Shown one piece after another: positions 1 through 9,774 of a DNA stretch of 64,000 bases. The notes beneath the pieces are model-generated. The model was not told the origin of the DNA. It made no database searches and worked only from the letters and a program-made list of their open reading frames with translations. This DNA comes from Candidatus Latescibacterota bacterium (GTDB taxonomy: Bacteria; Latescibacterota; UBA2968), in contig OZ241986.1 of NCBI GenBank assembly GCA_965204375.1, positions 640,001 through 704,000 on the forward strand. The letters are read 5' to 3'. A program made the translations under genes and the position numbers. Each line of letters starts with the position of its first letter. Position 1 is the first letter of the stretch.

Positions 1-28
1 CCAGAACCGGGATCACGGAAACGCTCCG

Positions 29-1045
29 TTGGCCTGGTTCTACTTCGCCATCGGCAAGCAACCAACGGTCAATGGTCATGACGTCAACGCCGCACTCAGC
101 GCTTACCGCCCCCCGACCGTAGTGGCCGATATCGCGTCCGACGTAAAGGGACGCGGCCGCTACGAAGTGCGACAGCGTACACAGGGTCTCGGGAAACAAG
201 GCCATTCGTTTCCCATGGTGGCAGTTGCGAGCAAAGCGCCGAATCAATTACGAACCGACGGTGGTGGCATTCTGCGCTACAGTTTCTGTGACCCTGCCTT
301 CATCTTGGGTACCCCAATGACCGAGGCGCGACCGCTGTCCGATTGGGTTGCGATCAGCGCACAGAATCGTTGGCAGGGTGTGATCTTTGCTGGCGAAGAC
401 GATGCCCGCATCGTTCCTCTTGTGCGTCCCGAGGACAACAAGGTCGTTCTCAATGCTCAGTGGTCCGTCCAAAGCAAGGGTAGCCTGATCACACAGAAGC
501 TCAAGTACCACAAGGGTGGCGCCGAGCTGAACGTCTGGATGTCGGAAAAAGGCTTGAGCGCACCAGTTGAGGAAGATGGTGTGGTATTTGTGGAAGCAGA
601 AGGAGCATGGGCAGCTATTCGCGTGTCCGATGGAGGCTTCATGTGGAAGGATGGCTCATACACCGTCAAGGCTGAGGATGGCAGTACACGTAAGACACCT
701 CCCGGAAGGATTATGGCGCTTAAGGGCGAATACGCCTCCGTCATTCTCGAGGTTATGGCCAAGAGCGATCTCGATAGCTTCGACACGTTCAAAGCGAAGG
801 TAAAAGGTTGTGAGATGAGCATGGATGGAGCCATTCTTAGATACACCACGATCTACAGCGACCTGTTGACCTTCGACACCAGCTTTGAGAAAACGCCCAG
901 CATTAACAGCAAGCCCGTCAACTACGCCCCGAAGATGGTCTTTGAAAGCCCTTTCCTCAATGCCGACTACGATCGTGGTATTGTGACCATCAGCAAGGAG
1001 GCTCGGAAGAAGGTCCTTGACTTCAACAAGAACACACAGGAGTAG
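29..1045 (+). CDS. Hypothetical protein, probably 5'-truncated by the window edge
   Basis: Open frame from near base 1 to TAG at 1045; no family motif recognised. Confidence 0.55.
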   Translation: MAWFYFAIGKQPTVNGHDVNAALSAYRPPTVVADIASDVKGRGRYEVRQRTQGLGKQGHSFPMVAVASKAPNQLRTDGGGILRYSFCDPAFILGTPMTEARPLSDWVAISAQNRWQGVIFAGEDDARIVPLVRPEDNKVVLNAQWSVQSKGSLITQKLKYHKGGAELNVWMSEKGLSAPVEEDGVVFVEAEGAWAAIRVSDGGFMWKDGSYTVKAEDGSTRKTPPGRIMALKGEYASVILEVMAKSDLDSFDTFKAKVKGCEMSMDGAILRYTTIYSDLLTFDTSFEKTPSINSKPVNYAPKMVFESPFLNADYDRGIVTISKEARKKVLDFNKNTQE

Positions 1046-1172
1046 AACTGAGCGAACGGATTGTCGTGATGATTCAGCTTCCCTATCCATTGTTTTTTAT
1101 AATTGTTTTTCTTGCTATTTGCCAAAAAATAACTATAATTCTCATTTAATAATCATTTTTCCGGGATGTGCT

Positions 1173-2690
1173 ATGGCTAAACATCATCAAAATCAATCGC
1201 TATACAGGCTCGCGGGGTATGCGGCACTGATTGAACAGTATGACCTCGACGTCATCCCGAATTGGCACACGTCTATGGTGACTATTAGAGGAATCCACAG
1301 GATTGATTCCCTCGGGGGGATCATCAAAGAAGTCTATCCAGCCCGGTACTGGCCCGGGGAGACATTGGGCGACCATCTGGAATTTGCGCTCAAATACGAT
1401 GGGACGAATCTCGCAATTCTCGCCAGCTTGTTCCAGAAAGTATCAGAGGGTGATTTCCTCGACTATGTCTGCTCGAAACCGACCGGTAAGTATGCCAGGC
1501 GACTGTGGTTTTTCTATGAGTTCCTGACCGGAAAGATACTCCCGCTGGATGACCTGAACCGGGGAAATTACATCGATCTCCTCGAACCGGATGCCTATTA
1601 TACGGTCGAGCCTGCCCTCAAGGTTCGCCGTCAGCGGATCAACAATAATCTGCCTGGTGAACGCCGATTCTGTCCCACAATTCGTCGTACAGATATTTTT
1701 CGAGACTTTGAAGCGAAAGCGTTGCATACCAGATGCCAGCAAGTCGTGTCTCGATACGCGCCAGAATTGTTGAAACGCGCGCTCAGCTACCTGTACACCA
1801 AGGAAACGAAATCGTCTTATGAAATCGAACGCATCAATCCTTCCTCAACCCGAACCGAACGCTTCATAGCCCTGCTCCAACTGGCCGAGCAAGAGGATTT
1901 TTGTCGAAAACCTCGGTTGATTGACTTACAGAACCGCATCGTTGACGCCCGGTTCCAGGATCCCGACTATCGAATGACCCAAAATTATGTCGGTCAAACT
2001 GTGGCCTATCAGAGAGAGCATATCCACTTTGTGGCCCCAAAGCCCGACGATTTAGCTGGTCTTATGGAAGGTCTCATAGCCACCCACAAACGCATGGAAG
2101 CCGGTGCTGTCCCACCCGTGATTCAAGCTGCTGCCATTGCCTATGGATTCGTCTTTCTACACCCTTTTGAGGATGGCAATGGTCGTATCCACCGCTTCTT
2201 GATCCACAATATTCTCGCTCGGCGGGGCTTTACACCCGAAAGCGTTATGTTTCCCATATCGGCGGTCATGCTGAAGAATCCATCCGACTACGACGCTTCC
2301 TTAGATGCATTCTCCCGACAACTCATGCCTCTGGTGGAATACACTCTGGAACAGGATGGGCGCTTGACTGTGCATAACGATACCGCGATATGGTATCGCT
2401 ATATCGACCTGACCACCCAGGCAGAGGCTCTGTTTCGGTTTATCGACCAGACCATTGATACCGAACTCGCCGACGAACTGGCCTTCTTGGCCAACTACGA
2501 TGCGGCCAAACAAGCGATCCAAAATACCGTAGATATGCCCGACCGGCAGATAGATCTTTTCATTCGCTTCTGTCTCCAAAACAACGGCCGCCTGTCCGCA
2601 CGAAAACGCACAAGCCACTTTGATCATCTGACGGATGAAGAAATCGATGCTATGGAACAGGCTGTGCAATTTCCTGAGCGGTCTTCTTGA
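1173..2690 (+). CDS. Fic-domain protein (AMPylase-type)
   Basis: Canonical Fic motif HPFEDGNGRIHR; likely ATG at 1173 (MAKHHQ) after an AT-rich intergenic region. Confidence 0.9.
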   Translation: MAKHHQNQSLYRLAGYAALIEQYDLDVIPNWHTSMVTIRGIHRIDSLGGIIKEVYPARYWPGETLGDHLEFALKYDGTNLAILASLFQKVSEGDFLDYVCSKPTGKYARRLWFFYEFLTGKILPLDDLNRGNYIDLLEPDAYYTVEPALKVRRQRINNNLPGERRFCPTIRRTDIFRDFEAKALHTRCQQVVSRYAPELLKRALSYLYTKETKSSYEIERINPSSTRTERFIALLQLAEQEDFCRKPRLIDLQNRIVDARFQDPDYRMTQNYVGQTVAYQREHIHFVAPKPDDLAGLMEGLIATHKRMEAGAVPPVIQAAAIAYGFVFLHPFEDGNGRIHRFLIHNILARRGFTPESVMFPISAVMLKNPSDYDASLDAFSRQLMPLVEYTLEQDGRLTVHNDTAIWYRYIDLTTQAEALFRFIDQTIDTELADELAFLANYDAAKQAIQNTVDMPDRQIDLFIRFCLQNNGRLSARKRTSHFDHLTDEEIDAMEQAVQFPERSS

Positions 2691-2714
2691 CGATGATCAA
2701 GCAATATCGCGGAC

Positions 2715-2821
2715 GATGCTGTTGCCGAATTCCAAATCTGTCCATACAGAGCTTGTATTCAGGCTACAAATAGCCGTTTTTCCAACCATAGGTCCTTCTT
2801 GACCAATTCGGCAACAGCATC
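2715..2821. mobile_element. MITE family A (107 bp, 17-bp perfect TIR GATGCTGTTGCCGAATT), inverted relative to other copies
   Basis: TIRs at 2715-2731 and 2805-2821; internal sequence related to the copies at 5319 and 17623. Confidence 0.8.
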
Positions 2822-2877
2822 CAAAACGGGCCAAGTCCAAATTTGTGAAGGCCGTGTTTATCGCACGGCCTTTTTAA

Positions 2878-3708
2878 TTATCCAGATACAGGTTTACCTA
2901 ACGGCATTATCCCAGTATAGAAACCGAGAACGTCAGGACGGTCTCCAAATGCGTCTATGTGATAAAATTCATTAAACTTGATATCTCTGTCATATAAATC
3001 TTTAAGCACTTCAAATCTCATATTGAAAAACAGAGAATACTTTTCGATCATTTCTGAAAGCTGTTCACTCTCTATTATCGGGGGCTGTTCACACCATTCT
3101 TCGTCCATGCAGAGTAATAAAAGTGTTTCTACTGCATTCTCTGGCATTTGGTCACGCAGAACATCAGCATAAAATTTTTTAGAATTTTCATCGAATTTAG
3201 CATCCTCAATTACTTTCAGAATTTTAATTAGAAATAAAAAATAAGACTTTATAACAGTGCTTAAATATACCGTATATTGTCCGTATTTTTTTTTGTCATG
3301 CAAAACCCATTGGATAACATTATCAAAAACCTCTGCTCCCCGTGCCTGTGAGCCGGTAAATACCTCTATTGAATAGTATTTACTATCAAATAGTCCTGTG
3401 AGATAAAAAAATGTGCGTTCAAATGTCTCCTTTTCCAATGATTGTCTCTGTCCCCTTAATTCGTCTTGTTGGAGTGCAATTTCTTGCCGCTGAAGTGCCA
3501 AGGTGACAATAACCCCCCAAAAGGCGAAAGCTGTGAACAATGCATTGACGACTCCAAACGAATCTCCGAATTGCCCTTGATCGGATATTTTAGGAAAGTT
3601 CTTAAATTCTATTATAAATACTACCAAAGCCAAGTAACCTAAAAAAACCAAGATAATAATACCAAACGTCACCCAGCACCACCGAGGTATTCTAACACTG
3701 TCTTTCAA
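2878..3708 (-). CDS. Putative phage abortive-infection protein (putAbiC-like) with N-terminal TM segments
   Basis: GQFGDSFG..NALF motif after a TM helix, FERTFFYL, KKFYADVLRDQ, IEKYSLF pattern typical of this family. Confidence 0.7.
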   Translation of the reverse strand: MKDSVRIPRWCWVTFGIIILVFLGYLALVVFIIEFKNFPKISDQGQFGDSFGVVNALFTAFAFWGVIVTLALQRQEIALQQDELRGQRQSLEKETFERTFFYLTGLFDSKYYSIEVFTGSQARGAEVFDNVIQWVLHDKKKYGQYTVYLSTVIKSYFLFLIKILKVIEDAKFDENSKKFYADVLRDQMPENAVETLLLLCMDEEWCEQPPIIESEQLSEMIEKYSLFFNMRFEVLKDLYDRDIKFNEFYHIDAFGDRPDVLGFYTGIMPLGKPVSG

Positions 3709-3756
3709 GCTAACCTCCTCTCTTTCTCTTGTTTCAAAAAAAATATATCATTTACT

Positions 3757-3938
3757 TGGAGTTACTCCGGTTTTGGTGGAGTGTTTAGGGCTTGGGTCTC
3801 AAGTCTGTGTTAATGCTGCTTGCCGTATAGAATCATTACGGCATCTGCTTCGTAGGCCATCGGCAACGATTCTATACAGTGATGTGCTCTGACCTCATCC
3901 ACAACTTTTGAATATACCCCTAAAACGGGTCAAGTCCA
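3757..3938. mobile_element. MITE with IS3-like TG...CA imperfect TIRs (182 bp)
   Basis: TGGAGTTACTCCGGTTTTGGTGG ... CCCCTAAAACGGGTCAAGTCCA; internal part is the reverse complement of sequence at ~5230-5318 and ~17554-17622. Confidence 0.7.
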
Positions 3939-4230
3939 CTAATCCTTTCTTGTGAATAATTTTTAACCACGCCAGTAATTCTAAGTGTCTTTTTTTTCAA
4001 TTCGATGTCCATTTTGTCTTGGATATAGATGTCAACAGTTTTGCGCATTTTCTTTTCCTCAATTTTGGGGCTAACCGAGTACAGGTTGCGAAATTACGGC
4101 CGGAGGAAAATTAAAGGTTTTTCATAATAAACACAATGAATTTGACGGTGTTGTACTCGAGGCGAGCATTAGCGCCCATCTTTTTTTTGCCTTCTGATGA
4201 TATTGCGCCTGACACCTGAAAAGGTGCGAT

Positions 4231-5088
4231 TTACAATACTGACCATCGTTCTTGCATGAACTCCTTTATTTTTTTTCCGTAGCGCACAAGATTTTTCAGT
4301 TTTGCGCCCACTTCAGGATCAATCTTTGGACCAGCGTGACTCGAAGAATAGAAACGCCCATACGGAAAGTACGACCGCAACCAATAGACGCTCCTGTTAT
4401 CTCCCTTTAGATTCACGATACGCGCGATGGAATTAACGATGCCTTGTACACTCTGGACTGCGGTTTGCTGGACAATTTCATCAAAAACATGCTGTTCTGC
4501 CTGATCGTGTGCGTTATTACCTTGGGTAACGATCACATCGGGCTTAAGAATACGCAATTCCTTCCTGAGATAAGGACCACAATTTTGGTACATTCTGTAG
4601 GGTTCTTGATTTGTTCCACCTGCGCTGGAACAACACTTCGCTGTTCTCACATGAACGAAGAGTTGCTCAATTATTCTTGTACTCTCGTCTCCAAAGCCCT
4701 CTGCAGGAGCTAGTTCAATGAAGGCATGAAGAAGGCTCCGGACTGTCGTTGTAGTTCCCCGCCAGTGCGGATTCAACGCCATACTCTCTGGAGAAGAAAA
4801 ATCCGGCTTTGGAGCGGACAAGGAGACAACCACGATACGGGGTATGCGATGGCCATTGTAATTTCTTTCTCTATAGTATTGGCTAACGGTAACGCCCTCT
4901 GTCCGAGCTAAAAAGTGAACGTTTCCTTGTGAGGCTTCTTGGCAGGCATCCCGACAACTATCTTTATTAGGACAACGGAAGGCCGCAAATATGGCGTCGA
5001 GGTTGCCAGGCGTAACAGGTATATCAGTAATAGGTGTAATACCAACGTCCTCGTAATACTGATTGAGTTTTCTTTGTATTTTATTCAT
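4231..5088 (-). CDS. Uracil-DNA-glycosylase-like superfamily protein (divergent)
   Basis: AKCC..., C.PYLRKELRILKPDVIVTQG segment typical of the UDG-like fold; catalytic motifs atypical. Confidence 0.55.
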   Translation of the reverse strand: MNKIQRKLNQYYEDVGITPITDIPVTPGNLDAIFAAFRCPNKDSCRDACQEASQGNVHFLARTEGVTVSQYYRERNYNGHRIPRIVVVSLSAPKPDFSSPESMALNPHWRGTTTTVRSLLHAFIELAPAEGFGDESTRIIEQLFVHVRTAKCCSSAGGTNQEPYRMYQNCGPYLRKELRILKPDVIVTQGNNAHDQAEQHVFDEIVQQTAVQSVQGIVNSIARIVNLKGDNRSVYWLRSYFPYGRFYSSSHAGPKIDPEVGAKLKNLVRYGKKIKEFMQERWSVL

Positions 5089-5318
5089 AGCCAAAATTTC
5101 TCCGGTCAAGTCCCAAAAGTTCTGTAAAAAGATAGCTTTGTGATAGGGGGTAGTGATTTTGTTTCAAGTACGTCATGTCCAGATAACGTCTGCCTGAGAT
5201 CCACTCGTCAGACCATTCCATACACAATGCGCCGATAGCCTACGAAGCAAATGATTCTATACGGAAAGCTGCATCAATCATAGGCTTGAAACTCAAGCTC
5301 TAAATATTCCACCAAAAC

Positions 5319-5425
5319 GATGCTGTTGCCGAATTGGTCGAGAGGGGTCTGTGGCCTGAATACAGGCTCTGTAAATCCTATGTTTAGTGCGGCGGGACAG
5401 CAATTCGGAATTCGGCAACAGCATC
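5319..5425. mobile_element. MITE family A (107 bp) inserted in an IS3-like TIR
   Basis: TIRs 5319-5335 and 5409-5425; flanks CAAAAC / AAAAAC (near-perfect 6-bp duplication). Confidence 0.85.
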
Positions 5426-5725
5426 AAAAACTGGTCAAGTCCAGAATGGCCTTTATGATGCTGGCTCTCTACGTCTTTACCACAACGGCGGCACTATTGG
5501 GATATGCCCATGAAGATGCAGATTTGTTTGGCATGAATTTGTTTCTAACATATGCAGGTGGGAATGATTTTGGGGTATTATTTTTCGCGTAGATAATGGT
5601 GATAATTGGGTTGGCGAGGGCAGGAAACTTGCACATATTAACCCCCGTGTCTTTTCCACGAAGACACGGGGGTTTTTTATAACTGCTGAGAGCCAACCAA
5701 CATCAGTTAATATAGGAAAAACCGT

Positions 5726-6406
5726 ATGGATTTGCTAACAAATTTTATGAAAAACCGATTTGTAAAAACGGTTAAATGGGTGATTTTAGCAATTGTGTGG
5801 TTTATTGGTTTAGCAGGTTTGCCTGATGACACCAATAAATGGCTGGAATGGCTCTCGTGGCTTACCACTACGATTCCGGATGTGGCCAATAAATGGTGGT
5901 GGTGGGGAGAATGGCCTTGGTGGATTAGATTGGCCTTTGATGCCCTTTTTTGGTTTATTACATTTCTGTTTTTGCAACGCCTCCCATGGCACAAAATATG
6001 GCATCATATTATTTCCCGATGGTCCACAATATGGGATACCATTCGTAGAGTTGAGGCATTTTTTTTCGGTGTCCCCGTTGAATACTGGTTTTGCTCAACA
6101 GACGAAAAGGGTGAAGCCAATATCATTGGTGAAAAAAGAAAGACGCGCTTGCGCCCTGAACAACCAACAAACGTGTCTTTGAATCATTTGTGGGAATTCG
6201 AGCAAGATGACGTGCATATTGCTGAAATGCAGATCAGAATACCAGTAAGCGGATATAGGGCATCAGTCAGCATAGAAGACCACCCCCTTAGATATACGTC
6301 TTACGAAGAATCGGGTTTGATGTCATATTATAGTTTTGACTTGTGGCAACATTCTGGATTATTCCCTCATGAAGTTAGAATTAAGGTTGAGAAGCGCGAA
6401 ACGTAA
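5726..6406 (+). CDS. Hypothetical Trp-rich membrane protein
   Basis: 226-aa ORF with N-terminal hydrophobic segments. Confidence 0.5.
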   Translation: MDLLTNFMKNRFVKTVKWVILAIVWFIGLAGLPDDTNKWLEWLSWLTTTIPDVANKWWWWGEWPWWIRLAFDALFWFITFLFLQRLPWHKIWHHIISRWSTIWDTIRRVEAFFFGVPVEYWFCSTDEKGEANIIGEKRKTRLRPEQPTNVSLNHLWEFEQDDVHIAEMQIRIPVSGYRASVSIEDHPLRYTSYEESGLMSYYSFDLWQHSGLFPHEVRIKVEKRET

Positions 6407-6897
6407 AGTTTAATGCGATTTTGGGAGCTTTCTTTTTTGCCTCGAAACCCATATAAAAGTCAGTGCTCAAATGAGCAGAAAAACGCTTGGTTTCAGGGGA
6501 TTATGGAGTTATCTTAATGGTAATTCATAACCCCTTATATTTGTGGGGATAAAAAAGTAGGGCCTGCGTTTTACGAGAACGCAAGCCCTCTAAGGGGAAA
6601 TGATCATGCAGACATTATTCTTTCCCCGTATAGTACAAACAATCTTGCTCTTTTTCGGTTGCCCATCTCGCCTGACCTGTCTATCTTTTATCGTCCGCTG
6701 ACGGCAAATGTACACCAGAGAGGGGAGGGGAATGTCTATCTACAAGCTCAATGCAATAATCAGACTGATTGAAACACTTTTTCGACTGGACAGGTGCCTG
6801 AAAAAAGAATACGGACAGAAAATGCAAAGGCCACCAAGATCGAGAGCATTTCCAAAAAGGGACTGGAGATAACACGCTATGAGAAGGAGGTAAAAAA

Positions 6898-7095
6898 TTG
6901 AAACAGAAATATAGCTACGTGGTTACTGATGTGCGAGATTTAAAAAGCGCAAAGGATTATATTGAAAAATGGTCTGAAAGGGGATTCCGCCTGAAAGTGT
7001 ATCAAAAATGCTTAATTTCTCCACCTCCACCTCTCGATGAACTGGAAGGACCATTTGTTGTTAGTTACTCGATTGTGATGGAGAAGAAATTGTAA
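6898..7095 (+). CDS. Small hypothetical protein (DUF4177/DUF1737-like pattern)
   Basis: Strong RBS AAGGAGG; Y..V...helix..GF.L...Y..VMEK pattern. Confidence 0.45.
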   Translation: MKQKYSYVVTDVRDLKSAKDYIEKWSERGFRLKVYQKCLISPPPPLDELEGPFVVSYSIVMEKKL

Positions 7096-7264
7096 TCGTA
7101 ATCTCACCTTTAAACGGCGATGCCTCAAAAAGTGCATGGGGTTTAATCTGAAAAGACAACCGGGCGGTGTCCGATACAACGGACGCCGCTCTTATGTTTT
7201 CATCCAGTTTTGCAGTAATTTTTCCTCCATAGTAAACTCCCCTTTTTCAACAAGTTACGGATGG

Positions 7265-7395
7265 TCAGGGAATCAAATTATATAATTCTCGTTTTGACAA
7301 GCGGAGCAAAAATTATGCCAACTTTTATAAATAGACTTGCCCCGTTTTAGTGGATAATAGCATAAATCGCCCATCACCTATGAAAAACTGATGGC
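7265..7395 (+). repeat. ~130-bp direct repeat (partner at ~14865-14990)
   Basis: Shared AATCAA.TATATAATTC.CGTTTT...CAAAAATTATGCCAACTTTT.TAAATAGACTTGC.CCGTTTT.GTGGATAATAGCATAAAT.GCCCATCACCTA. Confidence 0.8.
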
Positions 7396-7449
7396 TCAGG
7401 ATGATGGGGTTGAAACTTCTACACTATACACTCAAACGGAGTAATTCCA
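7332..7449. mobile_element. MITE family C (118 bp) with IS3-like TIRs
   Basis: TAGACTTGCCCCGTTTTAGTG ... CACTCAAACGGAGTAATTCCA; same length and interior as 19309-19426. Confidence 0.75.
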
Positions 7450-7572
7450 AACATCATCCTTCGTTGCTTTGGTCGCATAGAATTTGGCAACAGCATCCAA
7501 AATGCGTCAAGTCCAGTCTATAAAAACTGCTTACCGCCATTTACCGCCATTAAAGATTTACCATCCTCTCCC

Positions 7573-7601
7573 TTGACCCTTTTATCACTCCTGACTATAA
7601 T
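7573..7601 (+). promoter_or_regulatory. Sigma70-type promoter of the four-gene operon
   Basis: TTGACC-17 bp-TATAAT, with AAGGAG RBS before ATG 7665. Confidence 0.6.
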
Positions 7602-7664
7602 ATCTCATATTTTCATCTGTCCTGAGCAGGCATCTCATGCAACTGAATCAAGGAGACTTTCGAA

Positions 7665-8534
7665 ATGGTCGTGAAGACGAGCACCGTAACCTATCGTGCC
7701 CTGAGCTTAGGGGCTGGCGTACAGAGTTCTGTTTTAGCACTCCTCCTATCGAGGTCCCACCCCCGTTTGGTTGAGTTGGGCTATCCCAAACCTGACGTTG
7801 CCGTCTTCGCTGATACTGGATGGGAGCCAGATTATGTATATCAACATTTGGACTGGCTTGAAGAGCAACTCCAATATCCACTGATTCGCGTGTCCGAAGG
7901 TGATCTAAAGACTAATCTTAAAAAAGCCCGCACGGTGTCGGGTCACAACTTTGTTGATGTTCCCTTATTCACGGTCAATGGGGATGGGAAGAAGGGCATG
8001 TTACGGCGGCAATGCACCACTCACTACAAAATTAAGCCTATTTATCGACGGGTCAGGGAACTTGCGGGAGGACAGCGCGGCCGACCATTTCCCAAGAACA
8101 CCCACGCCGAAATGTGGATCGGAATTTCGCTGGATGAGGTGGGCCGCATGAAGCCGAGCCGGGAACGATGGGTCGAACATCGCTGGCCGCTAGTGGATAT
8201 TGGTATGACACGCCAAGATTGTGTTGAATGGTTTAATTCTGAATATCCAGGTCGCCACCTGCCCCGGTCAGCTTGCGTCATCTGTCCTTATCGTTCAGAC
8301 GAACATTGGCTGGAACTGAAGCAGTCTGAACCAGATAGCTACGAGGAGGCTGTGCATTTTGATCGATGGCTTCGCCATAGTACAAAGAATCCTGTAAGGG
8401 AATTGCTACATGGCCGGCCATATCTACATGCTGCACGTCGTCCCCTTGATAGCGTTATTGATGAGCAAGAAGCAGAGGGCGGGAGAGAGATCAATCACTT
8501 TGAAAACGAATGCGAAGGCCTTTGCGGTGTCTGA
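7665..8534 (+). CDS. PAPS-reductase-like (adenine-nucleotide alpha-hydrolase, PP-loop) Cys-rich protein
   Basis: SLGAGVQSS PP-loop variant, FADTGWE, RQCT..YK, SACVICPY, C-terminal ECEGLCGV. Confidence 0.8.
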   Translation: MVVKTSTVTYRALSLGAGVQSSVLALLLSRSHPRLVELGYPKPDVAVFADTGWEPDYVYQHLDWLEEQLQYPLIRVSEGDLKTNLKKARTVSGHNFVDVPLFTVNGDGKKGMLRRQCTTHYKIKPIYRRVRELAGGQRGRPFPKNTHAEMWIGISLDEVGRMKPSRERWVEHRWPLVDIGMTRQDCVEWFNSEYPGRHLPRSACVICPYRSDEHWLELKQSEPDSYEEAVHFDRWLRHSTKNPVRELLHGRPYLHAARRPLDSVIDEQEAEGGREINHFENECEGLCGV

Positions 8535-9774
8535 AACAGAGGTAGAAACGGTCAGGCCGAAGTTCCCGCTATATCCCTACCAGCGGCAGGTATTAACTGA
8601 CATCTTTCGTGCCCTATCATCTCCTGATCGTCGAGCCGTAGCTCATCTTCCTACCGGTGCGGGAAAGACTAGAATCGCAGCCCACGCGGCCTGTCACTTG
8701 CTCAACAAAAAAGACACCGATGAGTCCCTTGTCATCTGGTTAGCGGCTACTGAGGAACTTTGCGAACAAGCGGCAAATCAACTCTCTGACGCCTGGACAT
8801 ATCTGGGACGGCGGGATGCCTCCATTCATCGAAACTGGGGAAGCCGGTCGCTTGATCTACGGCGTCTTTCATCCGGATTCTTGGTGACTGGTCTCGCCAA
8901 ACTGCGCTTTGCTGCATTCCAAGACAATACCCTTCTTGCACACCTTGCGAACTGTACTGCTGCCGTCATCTTTGACGAGGCTCATCAGGCAGTTGCAGAA
9001 ACCTACTCTTTCATAACTGAGCAGCTATGCAGTGTTAGGCCGCCTCTCCTTGGTCTTACGGCCACGCCGGGACGCACAGCAAATCTGACCGATGACGACT
9101 ATCGACTTGCCGACATGTTCAATCACAAAAAGGTTTCGATAGATCCAAGGGGTCACGATAGCCCCGTTACCTACCTGATCCAGAATCGCTACCTTGCCGA
9201 TCCCCGCTTTGTGCCGATCAGCTTCGACTCCGATACCGTAATTACTGATCCTCAACCCGGTATGGATTATAGTATTCATGAGCTGGACGACCTGGGTCGC
9301 AACCGCGAGCGTACGATAAAAATAGTCGAACTCACAGAGGATGCAGTTAGACGTCACCCTCGTACAATTGTTTTTTCCCCTTCTGTTGGAAGTGCTGTGG
9401 AATGCAACAGACTTCTCCGGAGTAAAGGAGTTGCAAGTGCAGTGGTAACTGCCAATACACCAGGTGAAGATCGTCGATCTATTGTTGATGACTTTAGGAG
9501 TGACAGCAGGGAGCATAAAGTGGTGTTCAACTATGGCGTGCTTACCGCCGGTTTTGACGCGCCCAGGACTCGTTGCGTCATTATCGCCCGGCCTACCACA
9601 TCACTGGTACTCTACTCACAAATGGCAGGTCGAGCGATGCGCGGGCCCAGGGCTGGAGGAAATCCAAAAGCCGAGATACTCACCGTTGCAGATACGAACC
9701 TTCCGGGTTTCGGGTCTGTTACAGATGCATTCACGAATTGGGAGGAACTATGGTCGAACAACTCAACGACCTAA
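8527..9774 (+). CDS. SF2 (DEAH, ResIII-like) helicase
   Basis: LYPYQ Q-motif, PTGAGKT, DEAH, TAT, GFDAP, QMAGRAMR; GTG start overlaps the upstream stop. Confidence 0.9.
   Translation: MSETEVETVRPKFPLYPYQRQVLTDIFRALSSPDRRAVAHLPTGAGKTRIAAHAACHLLNKKDTDESLVIWLAATEELCEQAANQLSDAWTYLGRRDASIHRNWGSRSLDLRRLSSGFLVTGLAKLRFAAFQDNTLLAHLANCTAAVIFDEAHQAVAETYSFITEQLCSVRPPLLGLTATPGRTANLTDDDYRLADMFNHKKVSIDPRGHDSPVTYLIQNRYLADPRFVPISFDSDTVITDPQPGMDYSIHELDDLGRNRERTIKIVELTEDAVRRHPRTIVFSPSVGSAVECNRLLRSKGVASAVVTANTPGEDRRSIVDDFRSDSREHKVVFNYGVLTAGFDAPRTRCVIIARPTTSLVLYSQMAGRAMRGPRAGGNPKAEILTVADTNLPGFGSVTDAFTNWEELWSNNSTT

Noticed and set aside
5320-5592. ORFs 5320-5592 and 17565-17753 with similar translations
   Set aside because: The similarity comes from the MITE-A sequence; they are not credible genes
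7531-7551. Short tandem TTACCGCCAT repeat before the operon promoter
   Set aside because: Only two 10-bp units, which is insufficient to call an operator or iteron
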